Assembly: GCA_964016885.1 (NCBI GenBank)
Contig: OZ024759.1
Span: 24,552,001 to 24,616,000 of the forward strand
Direction: 5' to 3'
DNA from: Eledone cirrhosa
Lineage: Eukaryota
Length of the DNA stretch: 64,000 bases
In this document: piece by piece, positions 1-14,750 of the stretch
Layout of the letters: each line of letters starts with the position of its first letter
How positions within the stretch are numbered: position 1 is the first letter of the stretch
Position numbers and translations under genes: made by a program
The notes under the pieces: generated by a model
Told to the model about the DNA's origin: nothing
The model's input: the letters and a program-made list of their open reading frames with translations, nothing else
Databases searched by the model: none

Positions 1-649
1 CGCAGTTTCTGTATAATAATAAACAATAATTATTATTATCTGCAGTGACTACGACCCCATTGCGTCATAACGTACACCAACCAAATAATAATATATATAT
101 ATATATACATACAAAAATATATATGTATGTATGCATGTATTTTTATATCATATATATGTATATAAATAAATATATATATATATATATATATATATCTTAC
201 ATTTTCTTTGGCATCATCTGCATCGTTTCCTGAACACTCGTACAGTCCTATCCAGCGTATGGTGTCATCTTATCATGAAGATAGCAGTTGTGAATGTTGA
301 ACTATTTATAATTCCGACGTTGCTCTGTTCAAAATACAAACACACACAGCACACATATGTTTGAAGATTAATAGCTACATAACTATTACTATATCAAAGA
401 TTACTTAGCTGACGTTCTCGAAATGTCTATTCTTGGTGAAGATTACATATTTTAAGTAGCTTTCCGCTTACTTGCTATACTTTACTCTGTAAAACACACA
501 CACACACATATATATATATACGTATATATATATATGTATATATGTATATATGTGTATATATATATGTATATATGTGTGTATATATATATATGTATATATA
601 TGTGTGTATATATATATATATATACATACATATGTATATAACTATATAT

Positions 650-845
650 AAAGATTTTACCAGTTTTAAACTGGTAAGACCATTATTCAGCAGAGTACAC
701 GACATTTGAGATAGTAGAGTGTAACTATATTAGACAGAGTCGGGGCCCGACGACTAAGCTCTTGCAGTTTCGATAGTTAATTCCAGACTAGAATTAGCTC
801 TCGAAATGGCAAGAGCTCAACCGCCAAGCCCAGACTCTCTCTAAT
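650..845 (-). mobile_element. degenerate TA-embedded hairpin element, family A-like
   Basis: Imperfect inverted repeat gagtcggggcccgacgactaagctcttgcagtttcgatagttaattc / gaattagctctcgaaatggcaagagctcaaccgccaagcccagactc resembles 5597-5804; the upstream tail resembles the reverse complement of 5862-5912. Confidence 0.55.
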
Positions 846-1178
846 ATATATATTAGAAAACAGCATATATATTTGAAAACAGCTGGTGATATGCATGTAA
901 GTAAATATTTTCTCTATCTGATAGTTTGTAAACTTACATAGATCAATAACTGAGTATAGATACAATGTATTATCACCATCTAGAAACGATCGTAAAGCAG
1001 TGAAGTATATCTCTAATGACATGATTTTTTATTTCATTGTTTTAACTTATATCATGACTCTGTTTTCCTTTTAATGTTTTATTGTTTTCTGAGATTTATC
1101 TTAACCTACAACATTTTCAACATATGGATTACATCGAGTTCTTCATGCAGAATAGACCCCACAACTTACAGTGGATAC

Positions 1179-1219
<41 letters not shown>

Positions 1220-1235
1220 CATACAGATACAGATA

Positions 1236-1429
1236 CGATGGTCGGCTGAAATGTTCATAGACTGAACAAGATACTCTCATGGAATAGTTAAATCAGGTTT
1301 ATTTTTCAACGTAGTCCTTAGAAAGAAAGAATGCAGTTATTAATAAGAGTTCAAATTAATGCATGGAGGATTTCATAGCTCTAGCACCGCTCTGTCATAG
1401 TCAGCTTATGAACTTTCACCCTACCCTCG
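1236..1429. mobile_element. old mariner-derived MITE
   Basis: Imperfect TIRs ta-cgatggtcggctgaaatgttcatag / cttatgaactttcaccctaccctcg-ta with TA flanks; same CGAGG-type terminus as the mariner at 58560. Confidence 0.6.
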
Positions 1430-1472
1430 TATATATGTGTGTGTGTGTTCGCGCGCGTGCGTGTATGATTTT

Positions 1473-1748
1473 AGAGGTCCTCCGTCGGTTCTTGACGACG
1501 AATGTTCAAGATGTTTGTTGAACGGAACAGAGATGTGTGCCCCTTAATATAGTATTCAAAGCGATTCAGCGTGACACATCGTGTGACGAAGCTCATTCTT
1601 TGAATTACAAGTGCAACTCATTTTTGCCAGCTGAGTAGACTGGAAAAACATTCAGATAAAATAGTGTCTTACACAAACACATAACGTGCTGCTTGTATTC
1701 AAACTCTAGACCTAACGATCTTTACCGAAACAGCCTACCCACTAACTG
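1473..1748 (-). mobile_element. old tRNA-derived SINE (CORE-like family)
   Basis: Shares blocks (cagcgtgacaca..gtgtgac, tgaatta..caactcatttttgcc) with 27180-27500 and is reverse-similar to the head of 54575-54761. Confidence 0.5.
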
Positions 1749-2120
1749 AAACCCCTTAAGAATTGCTCAACTAAAGTCCTCCCAGTTTGGCCTACATTTC
1801 GACTGGTTGTTTGCTTGTTTCGGTTAGTTTCTGAGATATATCATATTATACAACTGTAGTTCCCATCATTTTCACTACCAAAGATACCTATTATTTCTGT
1901 GTATTTTCCTACAGAACCTCTCCTACAATTATTTCCCATTGTGTTTCTTACAAAGTACTTGAACATTTGTGCTTAATTCAAAGAAACCTAAGCTGCAATC
2001 AGATATTACAGAGTATGGGTATATAATACTTGTGTTAACTAGCCTTCCCTTGAGTCCAAACACGCACCCACACACACATACACATATATATATATATATA
2101 TATACAAATATTGTTTTATG

Positions 2121-2152
<32 letters not shown>

Positions 2153-2224
2153 GATATCTGTATATACATATATATTTCAATGTATATATATATATAATAT
2201 ATAATATATATATATATACTTGTT

Positions 2225-2267
<43 letters not shown>

Positions 2268-2417
2268 ATGCGTAAATGTATATTGTCAGTGTGTACATAT
2301 ATATGTGTATTTATATATATATGCGTATATATATATTTATATATAAATATGTGTGTGTATATATATATATGTGTGTGTGTCTGTATATGTATATGTATAT
2401 GTGTGTGTGTGTGTATA

Positions 2418-2607
2418 TAATTGTTTCTACTTTTGGCACAAGGCCAGCAATTACCCAGTATATTACTGGTACTTTATTTTATCTACCCCGTAAGGATGAA
2501 AGACAAAGTTAAAAGTTAACGTCGGCGGGATTTGAACTCAGACCGTAAAGGGACGTAACTATGCTGGAAAGCATGGCGTCCGACTCTCTGCCGATACTGC
2601 CAATCCA
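2418..2607 (-). mobile_element. tRNA-derived SINE with Nin/Deu-like central domain (young family)
   Basis: Reverse complement of the consensus tggcagtatcggtagag...ctgagttcaaatcccgccgagg (B box)...gcctttcatccttacggggtcgataaaataaagtaccag...ggccttgtgccaaaagtagaaac(aat)n. Confidence 0.9.
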
Positions 2608-2633
2608 ATGATCTCATATACGGGGGTGCTGTA

Positions 2634-2852
2634 TTGGCAGAATAGTTAGTATGGTGAAAGAAATACTTTGCGGTATTTGTTTCCCTTCCTTATGTTCAAT
2701 GCTCAAATCCCACCGAGGTCAAGATAGCCTTTCATTCTTCTAGGATCAATAAAATAACGTACCGGTCAAGTACTAACGTCGATATAATCGGCTTTCTCCT
2801 CCCCTGCCAACTCTCAAAATTCATGGCCTTCAGCCTGAGTTAGTAACCATTA
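2634..2852 (+). mobile_element. older diverged copy of the same SINE superfamily
   Basis: ttggcagaatagttag head, ctcaaatcccaccgaggtc, gcctttcattctt...aataaaataacgtacc, catggccttcagcctgagttagtaaccattat tail. Confidence 0.7.
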
Positions 2853-2874
2853 TGATCCCCTATACGAAACATAG

Positions 2875-3070
2875 CCTTCACTCGTACCATTGGCAGTGGA
2901 GACTTCTGGTGTCCTTGGCCCTAGGGCTACCTCCCTACTCACCACCACATAGGCGCTGAGCTGGCCAGCCGCAGGTGTGAGTCTCGCGAGTGGAATGGCT
3001 CTTCCTACGCATCTCCCTTGCCATCCTTCGGGGGAAACGCCTTCTCCATTCTGTCCGCCGGGGCTGTGGG
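2875..3070 (+). pseudogene. CRE-clade-like non-LTR retrotransposon fragment, C-terminus of restriction-like endonuclease
   Basis: Across frameshifts it reads LVPLAVETSGVLGPRATSLL...GAELASRRCESRE..EWLFLRISLAILRG/GNAFSILS, matching the F.PLAVET.G..G......L.QRIS.A.QRGNA motif of RLE-type elements. Confidence 0.7.
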
Positions 3071-3811
3071 GAGGGAGGCCAGCACGTGGGACCCCATTTG
3101 TTCACCATACGGAGAGATGGGGAGGGCCGGAGTGATGGAGGCGATGACAGTGGGAGTTCGGCTGTTCTTTCATGTTTGCTTAGGTTACCATTGCATTGTG
3201 ATAGAAGCTGAAATTGTCACTTCATCGCATTAAAATTTAAGGTCTTTAATTTAATGTTCACTTCAACAACAGCTGTAGTTGTATGAGAAACATGAACAAA
3301 ATATAACCTGCTGAAGTTGTGTTGTGGGAAGTATTAAAGAACGTTGATAGAAGCAACAGGCTGCTGCCTATTAATTGGTAGTTCATACATATATAAAATG
3401 CTAATACGGCAGAGTCTGAAACAAAAGAACAATAACATAAAATAACATTATATTGGTAGTGTTTGTATCTCATTCGTTTCGCTCAAGTGTATTAAATAAC
3501 GTATTAATAAGTACATCAGTGTGAATGCATTTAGGAGGGAAAGGCTTGCCATTAATGACGTAAAGAAATAGTTGGGCAACAGATTGAAGAGTAAAAGAAT
3601 GCAATTATACTGACAGCAATTGGCAAAAGATACCATAAGAGAAATAGAGAAACGAGCCAAACAAAACCACAAACAAACAGTAAGGGTATTTTATCAAGTG
3701 ATGACATGCATCGATCATGGCCGAATGAGGTAATGTTGATATCTGTGACTGAATAACACGTATTTGTGTCTTAAACACACACAAGCAAACTCAGACGCAC
3801 ACTCACGCATA

Positions 3812-3879
<68 letters not shown>

Positions 3880-4266
3880 GCACGTACACACACACAAAGA
3901 GAAAGAAAAATACACACACTTTCTATTTCTTCTTTTATTTATCATTCTATCTTCTGATGAAGGATTGACATCCGTGACGTCAAGTCGCTTTTCTTATTAT
4001 ATCAAGTGTTACTGTAAGGTTTTGCTGTGCTGTTTTCCGTTTACTTTTCAAAGATATGCCACACACACACACACGCACGCACGCGATCACACACACATAC
4101 TCACACACACACATACACACACACACGTACATACACATACACGCACACACACACACACACATATATATATATGGTGTGTTCGATTTACAGGTGTGTGTTG
4201 TTTCCATGAGCAAGGCAGTTCATTTCACACTGCTTCATTTCACATTGTTCCAGAGTCGTGTCTCGT

Positions 4267-4377
<111 letters not shown>

Positions 4378-5132
4378 GAAACGAAGTTTCTCAAATAAGA
4401 TCGATACACCGATTATCTTCCCCCGCATTCAATAGTTTAATTAAGTCAGTATCATTAAGATACCAGGACACTAATGAGTTAAATAGTAAGAAAACAATTA
4501 TCTGGCCCCGGATTAATGCATTAGTTTCTGCTACTGCCTCTGCTAACGACAGTCCAAATGTCACTGCCGTGCAAGGAAATTAGGCGATGCTATTAAGCAT
4601 TACGTAATTGGCTAAGAGCAGCGTCTCAGCGAGAGATTAGCCACTCCGGAACAGATCAGCTACCAACTGACTGCTCTGGTGTAATTTAGCCATTGCAGTA
4701 GTAAGCTCAACCTTCAGTGTCACATGACAGTGTAGGATATGTGTATAAAAATGTCATAGTACTTAACACATTCAAATATTAAATGAATGAGTACTCAGTA
4801 CTGGTGGATATACTGTAGACACACAGAACGCTTAGTTGCTTCATCTGGTTGCCATGTAAAACGACACCAGCCCACACACACAGGTATATAAACATACTAA
4901 CAACTCCATTAACACAGTGTAACATCAGACATTAACATCAGACATTTAAGAGAAATATTTATCCAAAGACAGAATATGTTTCTTTAAGATTGGAAAATAT
5001 TTTCATACATTTTAAGTTGGGCTTACATGGATGCATATTTTCTTTGTTGAATATGTTTCTGTGTGCGCGTATGTGTCTATGTATGAGTTTCTGTATGTAT
5101 GTAAGTAAGTGATTTTTTGTATATCGGTGTGT

Positions 5133-5202
<70 letters not shown>

Positions 5203-5204
<2 letters not shown>

Positions 5205-5278
5205 GTCGTTAAGAATGAAATTTGTAGAAATTTGTTTTTTTTTCTACAAATTTCTACAAATTTCATACTTGACGACCC
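5203..5278. repeat. small TA-flanked hairpin / mini-MITE
   Basis: gggtcgttaagaatgaaatttgtagaaatttgt ... acaaatttctacaaatttcatacttgacgaccc inverted arms of about 33 bp. Confidence 0.7.
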
Positions 5279-5532
5279 TATATGTATGTCTGTATATGAG
5301 TATGTTTGTGTTTGTATATATGTATGGGTGGGTGTGTATATCGCTGCGTCTGTATATAAATATAGTAAATATAGTGAAGACGTATGTATATTTTCTTACT
5401 ATGATATTTTGTAATATATTTTACATAGATCAATAATAGAATGGAGATACGGGGAACTACCCCCCAGAAACGATCGTAAAATAATGAGTTTTACTATGAA
5501 TTAACCGTTTTTTTGTTTAATTTCATTGTTTT

Positions 5533-5596
<64 letters not shown>

Positions 5597-5600
<4 letters not shown>

Positions 5601-5801
5601 AACGAGTAGGACCCCGACGGCTGAGCTCAAGCCGTTTCGGCGGCTAATTCTGGACTAAAGGTTTAGTCCAGAATTAGCCGCCGAAACGGCTTGAGCTCAG
5701 CCGTCGGGGTCCTACTCGTTCCTATTACCCACTCTACTACCCTAAGTATTGAGTACTTTGGTGCGTTATGGTCCACCTGGTTCCTTACCACATTTCTTTC
5801 G

Positions 5802-5804
<3 letters not shown>
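5597..5804 (+). mobile_element. TA-embedded hairpin+tail element, family A (Penelope-like pLTR remnant)
   Basis: Perfect ~63-bp inverted arms centred near 5660, ~80-bp unique tail, (TA)n on both sides; GAAA-CGGCT-tgagctc-AGCCG-TC looks like a hammerhead 3' half. Confidence 0.8.
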
Positions 5805-5852
<48 letters not shown>

Positions 5853-5919
5853 AGAGTCGAAACCCCAAGTATCGAGTACTCTGTTGAGTAATGGTTTAAC
5901 CAGTTTCAAAATCCATTGA

Positions 5920-6006
<87 letters not shown>

Positions 6007-6609
6007 GTTTTCATCTGTGTCCGCTTGTGTGTATGTGTGTAGCTGTGTATTTCTCTGTGTGTGTATGTTTGTAACGATGTGTGGGCATGCGTGTGTCTAT
6101 GTCTGAGTGTGTAGGCGTGTGTCTGAGTAGAAAAAAAGTCATGGTTTACTTAGAGTATTTCTCATTCTTTCTATCTTAGTCTGTACAAGATGGTAAGTCG
6201 ATAGCCAAACATGATATGTATGTATGTGTGTGTGTATGTATGTGTGTATGTATGTATGTGTATGTATGTATGTACGTGTGTATGTGTATGTATTATGTAT
6301 GCATGTGTGTATGTATGTGTGTATGTATGTATCTATGTATATGTGTGTATGTATATATGTGTGTATGTATATATATATATGTGTGTATGTATGTATCTAT
6401 GTATATGTGTGTATGTATATATGTGTGTATGTATATATCTATGTGTGTATGTATGTATCTATGTATATGTGTGTATGTATGTATTTACAAATTCGTGTAT
6501 GTTGTATATATATAGAGAGAGAGAGAGGGGGAAAGGGAGATACAGACACATATACATTTAATCATATATATATATAAATATATAACATGTACACAAAAGT
6601 AATCATATG

Positions 6610-6655
<46 letters not shown>

Positions 6656-6745
6656 GTATATATAGAGTGTATACAGAGTGTATTAGCTTTTTTGTATATA
6701 TCTATTTCTATTATAAACACACACACAGACAGACACACACACACG

Positions 6746-6776
<31 letters not shown>

Positions 6777-7070
6777 ATATAAATATACCCGTGTATCAAT
6801 TTATCACATCCGTAACGCGTTAGCAAAATACAGACGTCAGTATGTGGACAAAAGGATATGATATACCTTTGGGTATGTATGTATGTATGTATGTATGTAT
6901 GTATGTATGTATGTATGTATGTATGTATGTATGTATGTATGTATCTTTGTATGTATGTATGTAAGTATGTATGTATGGATGTACGTATGTAAATTTTATT
7001 ATAGAAATGACTTCTACAGTACTAAAAGTGTTTATTTCGGAAGAAATGATCAGGAACATATATGTGCACG

Positions 7071-7101
<31 letters not shown>

Positions 7102-7200
7102 GTATGTATATTTATTTATTTATTTATATATATATATATATGAGATATATATAGATATGTATATATGTGTATATATATATGAGATAGATATAGATATGTA

Positions 7201-7283
<83 letters not shown>

Positions 7284-7296
7284 GAGATATATATAG

Positions 7297-7361
<65 letters not shown>

Positions 7362-7385
7362 CATATATACATATCTCTATATATA

Positions 7386-7429
<44 letters not shown>

Positions 7430-7504
7430 TAGATATAGATATGTATATATGTATATTTATATATATGTATATATTTATATTATATATATGTGTGTGTGTG
7501 TGTG

Positions 7505-7558
<54 letters not shown>

Positions 7559-7718
7559 AAGGTATATATATATACATATATGTTTGTATGCTCGTCTTTA
7601 TTGCTGTAATTGTTTATTTTGCTTGTTTCTCTACTTAGACACCAAACATAAACCTATTACAAAAGCTGTTACAGCGATCTATGAACCTGTCACATTACAA
7701 TGGGAATCCTACATATAC

Positions 7719-7809
<91 letters not shown>

Positions 7810-8103
7810 TGTGTATGTACAAGAACAATAAACAACGTTTCCCATTATGTGTCAGCCAAAAGTGTATGGTACATTGCTCAGTAATACATCAGAGGCGTTG
7901 AGTGTCACCTTATTTGTTTGCAAAATCATTGTATCTTTTTTCTTCTTCTGGTTCTGACAATGTTTCATTTGTAATCATCCAAATCGGGGAAACAAAATAT
8001 AAAGAAAGCAATTTGAGTTTGCAATTGAGTGTAAATCGGTGAATCTTGTATAGAGATGAATGTAAGGCAGAACACTTAACGATATTGTTTATATATATAT
8101 ATA

Positions 8104-8174
<71 letters not shown>

Positions 8175-8245
8175 GAAAATGAACGAACAAAACACAAGAG
8201 GTAATTGTACGTATATATATATATATATATATGTATGTATATATA

Positions 8246-8733
8246 TACGATATTAACAAATGGAAACTATATTTATAAAACCATATTTATTTCATTATAC
8301 ATATTTCAAGGACACCAAGTTAAATTATGGTGTGCTTTCATCAGATAAAATATAATATAGGTCAGTTTTATAAATAAATATTGACATGCCCTTAAAGAAT
8401 GCAACCATTACTGTTGGAAGCTCCAGGATAGTGGAGTTGTAGCTTTAATTATATTATTGGATATTTTTCTGGACCTTCCAACAGTAATGGTTGCATTCTT
8501 TAAGGGTATGTCAATATTTATTTATAAAACTGATCTATATTATATTTTATCTGATGAAAGCACACCATAATTTAACTTGGTGTCCTTGAAATATGTATAA
8601 TGAAATAAATATGGTTTTATAAATATAGTTTCCATTTATTAATATCGTATTTTTACTCCAAATAATTGTTGAGTGCTTTATATCAGTTATAAAAATATTT
8701 GCTTGTTGTATCCCAACAATTTAAATAGAACTT

Positions 8734-8738
<5 letters not shown>
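8246..8738 (+). mobile_element. TA-embedded hairpin+tail element, family C
   Basis: ~180-bp inverted arms (8246-8427 / 8469-8650), tail to 8738, then (TA)n; related pieces at 36995-37232, 42712-42752, 48595-48720 and 49385-49490. Confidence 0.8.
8543..8607 (+). ncRNA. minimal type I hammerhead ribozyme motif
   Basis: Stem I tattttat/atgaaata; CTGATGA 8551-8557; stem II aagcacacca..tggtgtcctt; GAAA 8588-8591; TATGTA-TA; mirrored on the minus strand at ~8288-8352. Confidence 0.7.
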
Positions 8739-8798
<60 letters not shown>

Positions 8799-8801
8799 TT
8801 A

Positions 8802-9022
8802 TTTATTTATTAAAATAACAGATTAAAGTTTAAGCAAAGAATCCTTAACGGGATCTTCTGAAACTGGGTTAGTTTCAGAAGATCCCGTTAAGAGTGAAAG
8901 CAGCGATTCTTTGCTTAAACTTTAATCTGTTATTTTAATAAATATTTGCTCTATGGTTCTTATATATTTGATATATATTTATCCTTATCGAGCCCTCTTT
9001 GGATTTTAGTCTTCAAATTTAT
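8802..9022 (+). mobile_element. TA-embedded hairpin+tail element, family D
   Basis: Inverted arms tttattaaaataacagattaaagtttaagcaaagaatc..cttaacgggatcttctgaaact / agtttcagaagatcccgttaag..gattctttgcttaaactttaatctgttattttaataaa; tail similar to 36950-36990 and 37250-37280. Confidence 0.7.
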
Positions 9023-9212
9023 TATTATATATATATATATAATATTATGCTAGACCTCCCTGGGTAAAACATTATTATGTTTTGTTTTGTTTGATTTGTT
9101 ATCACTTTCCCTTCGTATTTTTATATCGCACAGTAACGGCTCCCAAAAAAATATCCGTATTTTACTCTTTATATCTATATATATAATACGTATTTACACT
9201 ATACACACAGAC

Positions 9213-9297
<85 letters not shown>

Positions 9298-9304
9298 TCA
9301 TATT

Positions 9305-10101
<797 letters not shown>

Positions 10102-10220
10102 CTCATATATATATACACATATATATTTTTTCTAAATACACACATATACATATATATATGTTTCGATGGAGTTAGAATCTTGTCACTCAGGGTTTCTCAG
10201 ATTTGACTGAAGCACACATA

Positions 10221-10640
<420 letters not shown>

Positions 10641-12115
10641 ATGTGTGAAAATGCTATGTTTTAATATGATATACATCACTTATTTTATTGCTAGTCAATT
10701 TGATTAATAACATTTAATATAAATTCATTTAGACATATATTTTTTTTTTATGAAGAAAAAAAAACACTAAAAGAAAACATTTTTCGATACATTTTTGTTT
10801 TTAGTTTAAATTGTTCTGTTTATATATTATACAGTCTCAAGAGGCATTAACACTGATAAATATCTCGATAAACCTGCGATTATATTAGCATTTCAAATAT
10901 AAAACGCCCCTCGTTTAAGGGAAAAAAATAAGTGGGAGAATGACATAGAAGGAGAGAAATTGGCAAAGTGTAGCAGGGAAGGATTTATAGAAATGTAATA
11001 TTTATTATATATAGATCTTAATGAAGACCACTCAACCGAAAATATCAGACTGGAATTAGACTTTATTTTTATTTTTTTTTATAGAAAATATTAATTTAAC
11101 ATTTTTTTTTTTTTAATGAAGGGATTTGAAATATTTTAAAATTTGTTGGATGAGTGTCAAGGAAATATGAAAAAAAAAATAATCTTAATTCTGATTCAGT
11201 AATCAATATACGAAATATTTTAATGGCTAACGAGTGACATTGTTCTTTATCATGTTTCTCATACTGAAAATTGTGGCTTAGTCGTTAGGATGCTGTGCCA
11301 TTTAATGGATTGTATCGCATATAATGTTCCTTGGGTTTTTTAACGATAGGGGCCAATCATGTCAACCTTTTTCCGGCAATGGAAAGCAGAATTTCAACTC
11401 AGGATGCACATATCCCGAGTAGTTACTGCTAGACCCATTTTCACAATTGCACCAACTCATTGCCTCTAAACTGAGCCGGCGGCACGTTGTGTTCAAGAGG
11501 AAGACATTATTTTATTTTATGATTACTCTACGTAGTCTACTTAATTGGCGAATATATGAATTGTATCTGTACGTCAGGCTTATCACACATTGTACCAATG
11601 GTAAAGGTGCTTTAGAATGTTCAGCCATTTTTACGTTCATCTCACTATCTGGCTTCACCGTTGAAACCGATGGAGATCCAACACACTTACACACGCACAC
11701 ACATAAACATTGACATTGTTTTTGCTTGTTGCTTTTACGGTTCACACTTACGCAGGTTTCGCCGACTTTCTAAGCTGTTTGGACCTCACAGGAGATTTCT
11801 TGGGTGTTGTAATGATAGGGGTTCTAATTTTATTATGTTGTCATTTTTTTTTTTTTACGTTACCTTATTCATCATATAAGCATTGACTGTTTTTGTTTGT
11901 CGTCGTGGCCGTTGCCATGGTCATCGTTGCCATGGTCACCGTTTCCGTCATCGTCTCCGTCGTCGCCATCGTCACCGCCGGTCACTCGAGTTGTCCGAAT
12001 TAACAGCAAAATCTCCCTGAATTCGTTAGAGTTTACGAGGTCGATAAAATAAAGTACCAATAACGCACTGGGGTTGATTTAATCGACTTTCTGCTCACCC
12101 AACTATTATTATTAT

Positions 12116-12294
12116 TATCGGTAGAGGTTCGGACGCCATGCTTTCCATCGTAGAGTTACGGCCCTTTACGGACTGAGTTCAAATCCATCCGAGGTTAACT
12201 TTGCCTTTCATCCTTACGGGGTCGATAAAATAAAGTACCAGTAATGCACTGGGATAATTGCTGGCCTTGTGCCAAAAGTAGAAATAATTATTAT
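12116..12294 (+). mobile_element. tRNA-derived SINE (young family)
   Basis: Matches the consensus; preceded by a partial copy at ~12030-12090; (att)n tail grades into (agt)n. Confidence 0.9.
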
Positions 12295-12335
12295 TGCTGG
12301 TGGTGGTAGTAGTAGTAGTAGTGGTAGTAGTAGTG

Positions 12336-12390
<55 letters not shown>

Positions 12391-13057
12391 AATAGCATCA
12401 ACAACATCAAGTGCAACGAAACAACAGTAACGAAAACCGAAATAGGAAAATCTAGCGAAAAAAGAAACAATGTTGCTATACCGGAAACCGGAAGTTAGTG
12501 GATGTGTTTCATGACTAACACATTCATCATGTGATAAATAGATTAGTATACCAGGATGCAACACTACAGAACTAAAGAACAGCCAAGTGTGAGGAAAAGA
12601 GATGTTGTAGAACCATTAGTATTAATCTGTGGTTTATGTGCAGCAGGTGCATTTGGTGCAGTTATGTTCAGTTATGTTACAATGTTCTGCTATATCCGTT
12701 CTGGTTACCAGCAAATGGCGGCAGGGTGGTGGTGCGGCAGGATGGTGGGTGGTGGCGCATAAAGAAAAAAAATGTAGAAAAATTTTAATAATTGCGAAAA
12801 CAAATGGCAAAAAAATAGAGAAAAAGAATGTGTGTTCTGAATAATAAATGTAATTAGTGTTATGGTGATGATGATGATGATGGTCATGATGATCATAATG
12901 ATGATGATGACGATGCTTATGATGACGGTGATGGTGATGATTTCAAATTTAGTTAGGCACAAAAACAGCAATTTGAGGGAGGGGATGGTTTATTACATCA
13001 ATCCCAGTTTTTCATTGGGACTTTATTTATCGACCAATCCACCGCCATCTAATAATA

Positions 13058-13239
13058 ATAATTGTTTCTACTTTTGGCACAAGGCCAGCAATTATCTCAG
13101 TGTATTACTGGTACTTTATTTTATCGACCCCGTAAGGATGAAAGGCAAAGTTAACCTCGGCGGGATTTGAACTCAGACCGTAAAGGGACGTAACTATGCT
13201 GAAAAGCATGTCTGACCCTCTACCGATACTGCCAATTCA
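13058..13239 (-). mobile_element. tRNA-derived SINE (young family)
   Basis: Full-length reverse copy; a degenerate tail of an older copy lies at ~12940-13036. Confidence 0.9.
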
Positions 13240-14075
13240 TTTATTAGCCACAAGAGCCGACATGTAGGGGACAATACAAAGGCAGAGACAGTGGGGGTTT
13301 ACAATAAGGTCGAGTAAAAGTGCACAATGGCAAGACTAATTTAACAATGAAGATATAAAAAATATAAAATAAACTATGCATAAATATAACAAAATAAATT
13401 CCCCAATAGCGGGGTGAACAACCCTGGGGTGACTCAGGTACCCCACCAATCCTGAACCACCCTGCGCTTCTAGGGCACCCATGGATAGCACCCCTCTCCT
13501 CAAGTTAGCTAGCCTATAGGCGCATGGTCAGAGTAGGCCCATTCACATGGGCCATTCTCGCCACATTCATCCACCTTTTAGCAAATGTACTGGAGGATGG
13601 GGGGCAGTACTTCTCTCTCCACCCTCACCTTCCTTTCCAGGTGAAACTTGAAGAAGTTGATGAGGGATTGGCCGATGAGAAAAGTGTCTGTCTTCAGTCC
13701 TTTTAACCTAGTCCACCATATAACCTCTTTCGCAACGGCCACCAGGCAGAGGAAAATTGCCTGCTCTTCCTGACCAAAGGAAGGCGGTGGGTCGATCTTC
13801 ACTATGGACTCAGCCGATAGCCGGATCCGTTCCACACGCGACAGTAGCCGTTCGACATAACTCCACAAGTCAATAATGCACGGACATTGGACAAGTGCGT
13901 GCAGAACGGTTTCGTCGCTCTGTGGCGCATCTTGGGCAGGTCCGCCTGACAGCACTTCTGTGCCTGTAGAGTTTATCCCGAACCGGCAGTGCCCCTCTGT
14001 AGCACTGCCAAGCGAGGGATAGGGATTTCTGGAAATTGTCCATCGTCCCCGGCTCGAAAGTCCTCCGCACAGCCA
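13240..14075 (-). mobile_element. 5'-truncated Tx1/L1-like LINE (ORF2 C-terminal zinc-knuckle region plus 3' UTR)
   Basis: Frameshifted LAWQCYRGALPVRDKL..CPRC../ETVLHALVQC (zf-RVT-like CCHC)..AKEVIWWTRLKG; 3' end ggctaataaa; homologous copy at 45750-46225. Confidence 0.8.
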
Positions 14076-14576
14076 TTGTTACAATATACTTTCTATTATT
14101 GTTATTCCTTTGTATATTGTTATTCCTTTGTATATATACATATATGTATGTATACATATATATATATATGTGTGTGTGTATATGTATATGTATATATGTA
14201 TATATACATATGTATATATATATATATAGAATATACATGTATATATATATATGTGTGTGTGTATATATAAATATATCCAACTTCAATGTACATTGTGTAT
14301 AACATATCAAATGAAATATCACTATACATAACAACAGATACATATCACATATATATGATAATGTATGATAGGCCTGATCTAGAACTAAATGAGTTTTTCT
14401 TCTCTCTCTCTCTCGACATAAGTATATTTCTCTTGTTAATTTGCATACTTAGGGAGGAGACTGTCTGATGTATGTGTGTAGGCAAAGGACAGCTACTAAC
14501 GTGTGTGAGGCTAAATATATGAGAAGTAAGCAATCTCCATGTGTTTAACAGCTGTACTTAGGCTATCAATGTTGGT

Positions 14577-14577
<1 letters not shown>

Positions 14578-14635
<58 letters not shown>

Positions 14636-14700
14636 GGAGAGGGGGGGTAGAGAAGAGGGGGGTAGAGAAGGAGGGAAGGTGGGAGTGAGAAGGTAGGGTA

Positions 14701-14750
<50 letters not shown>

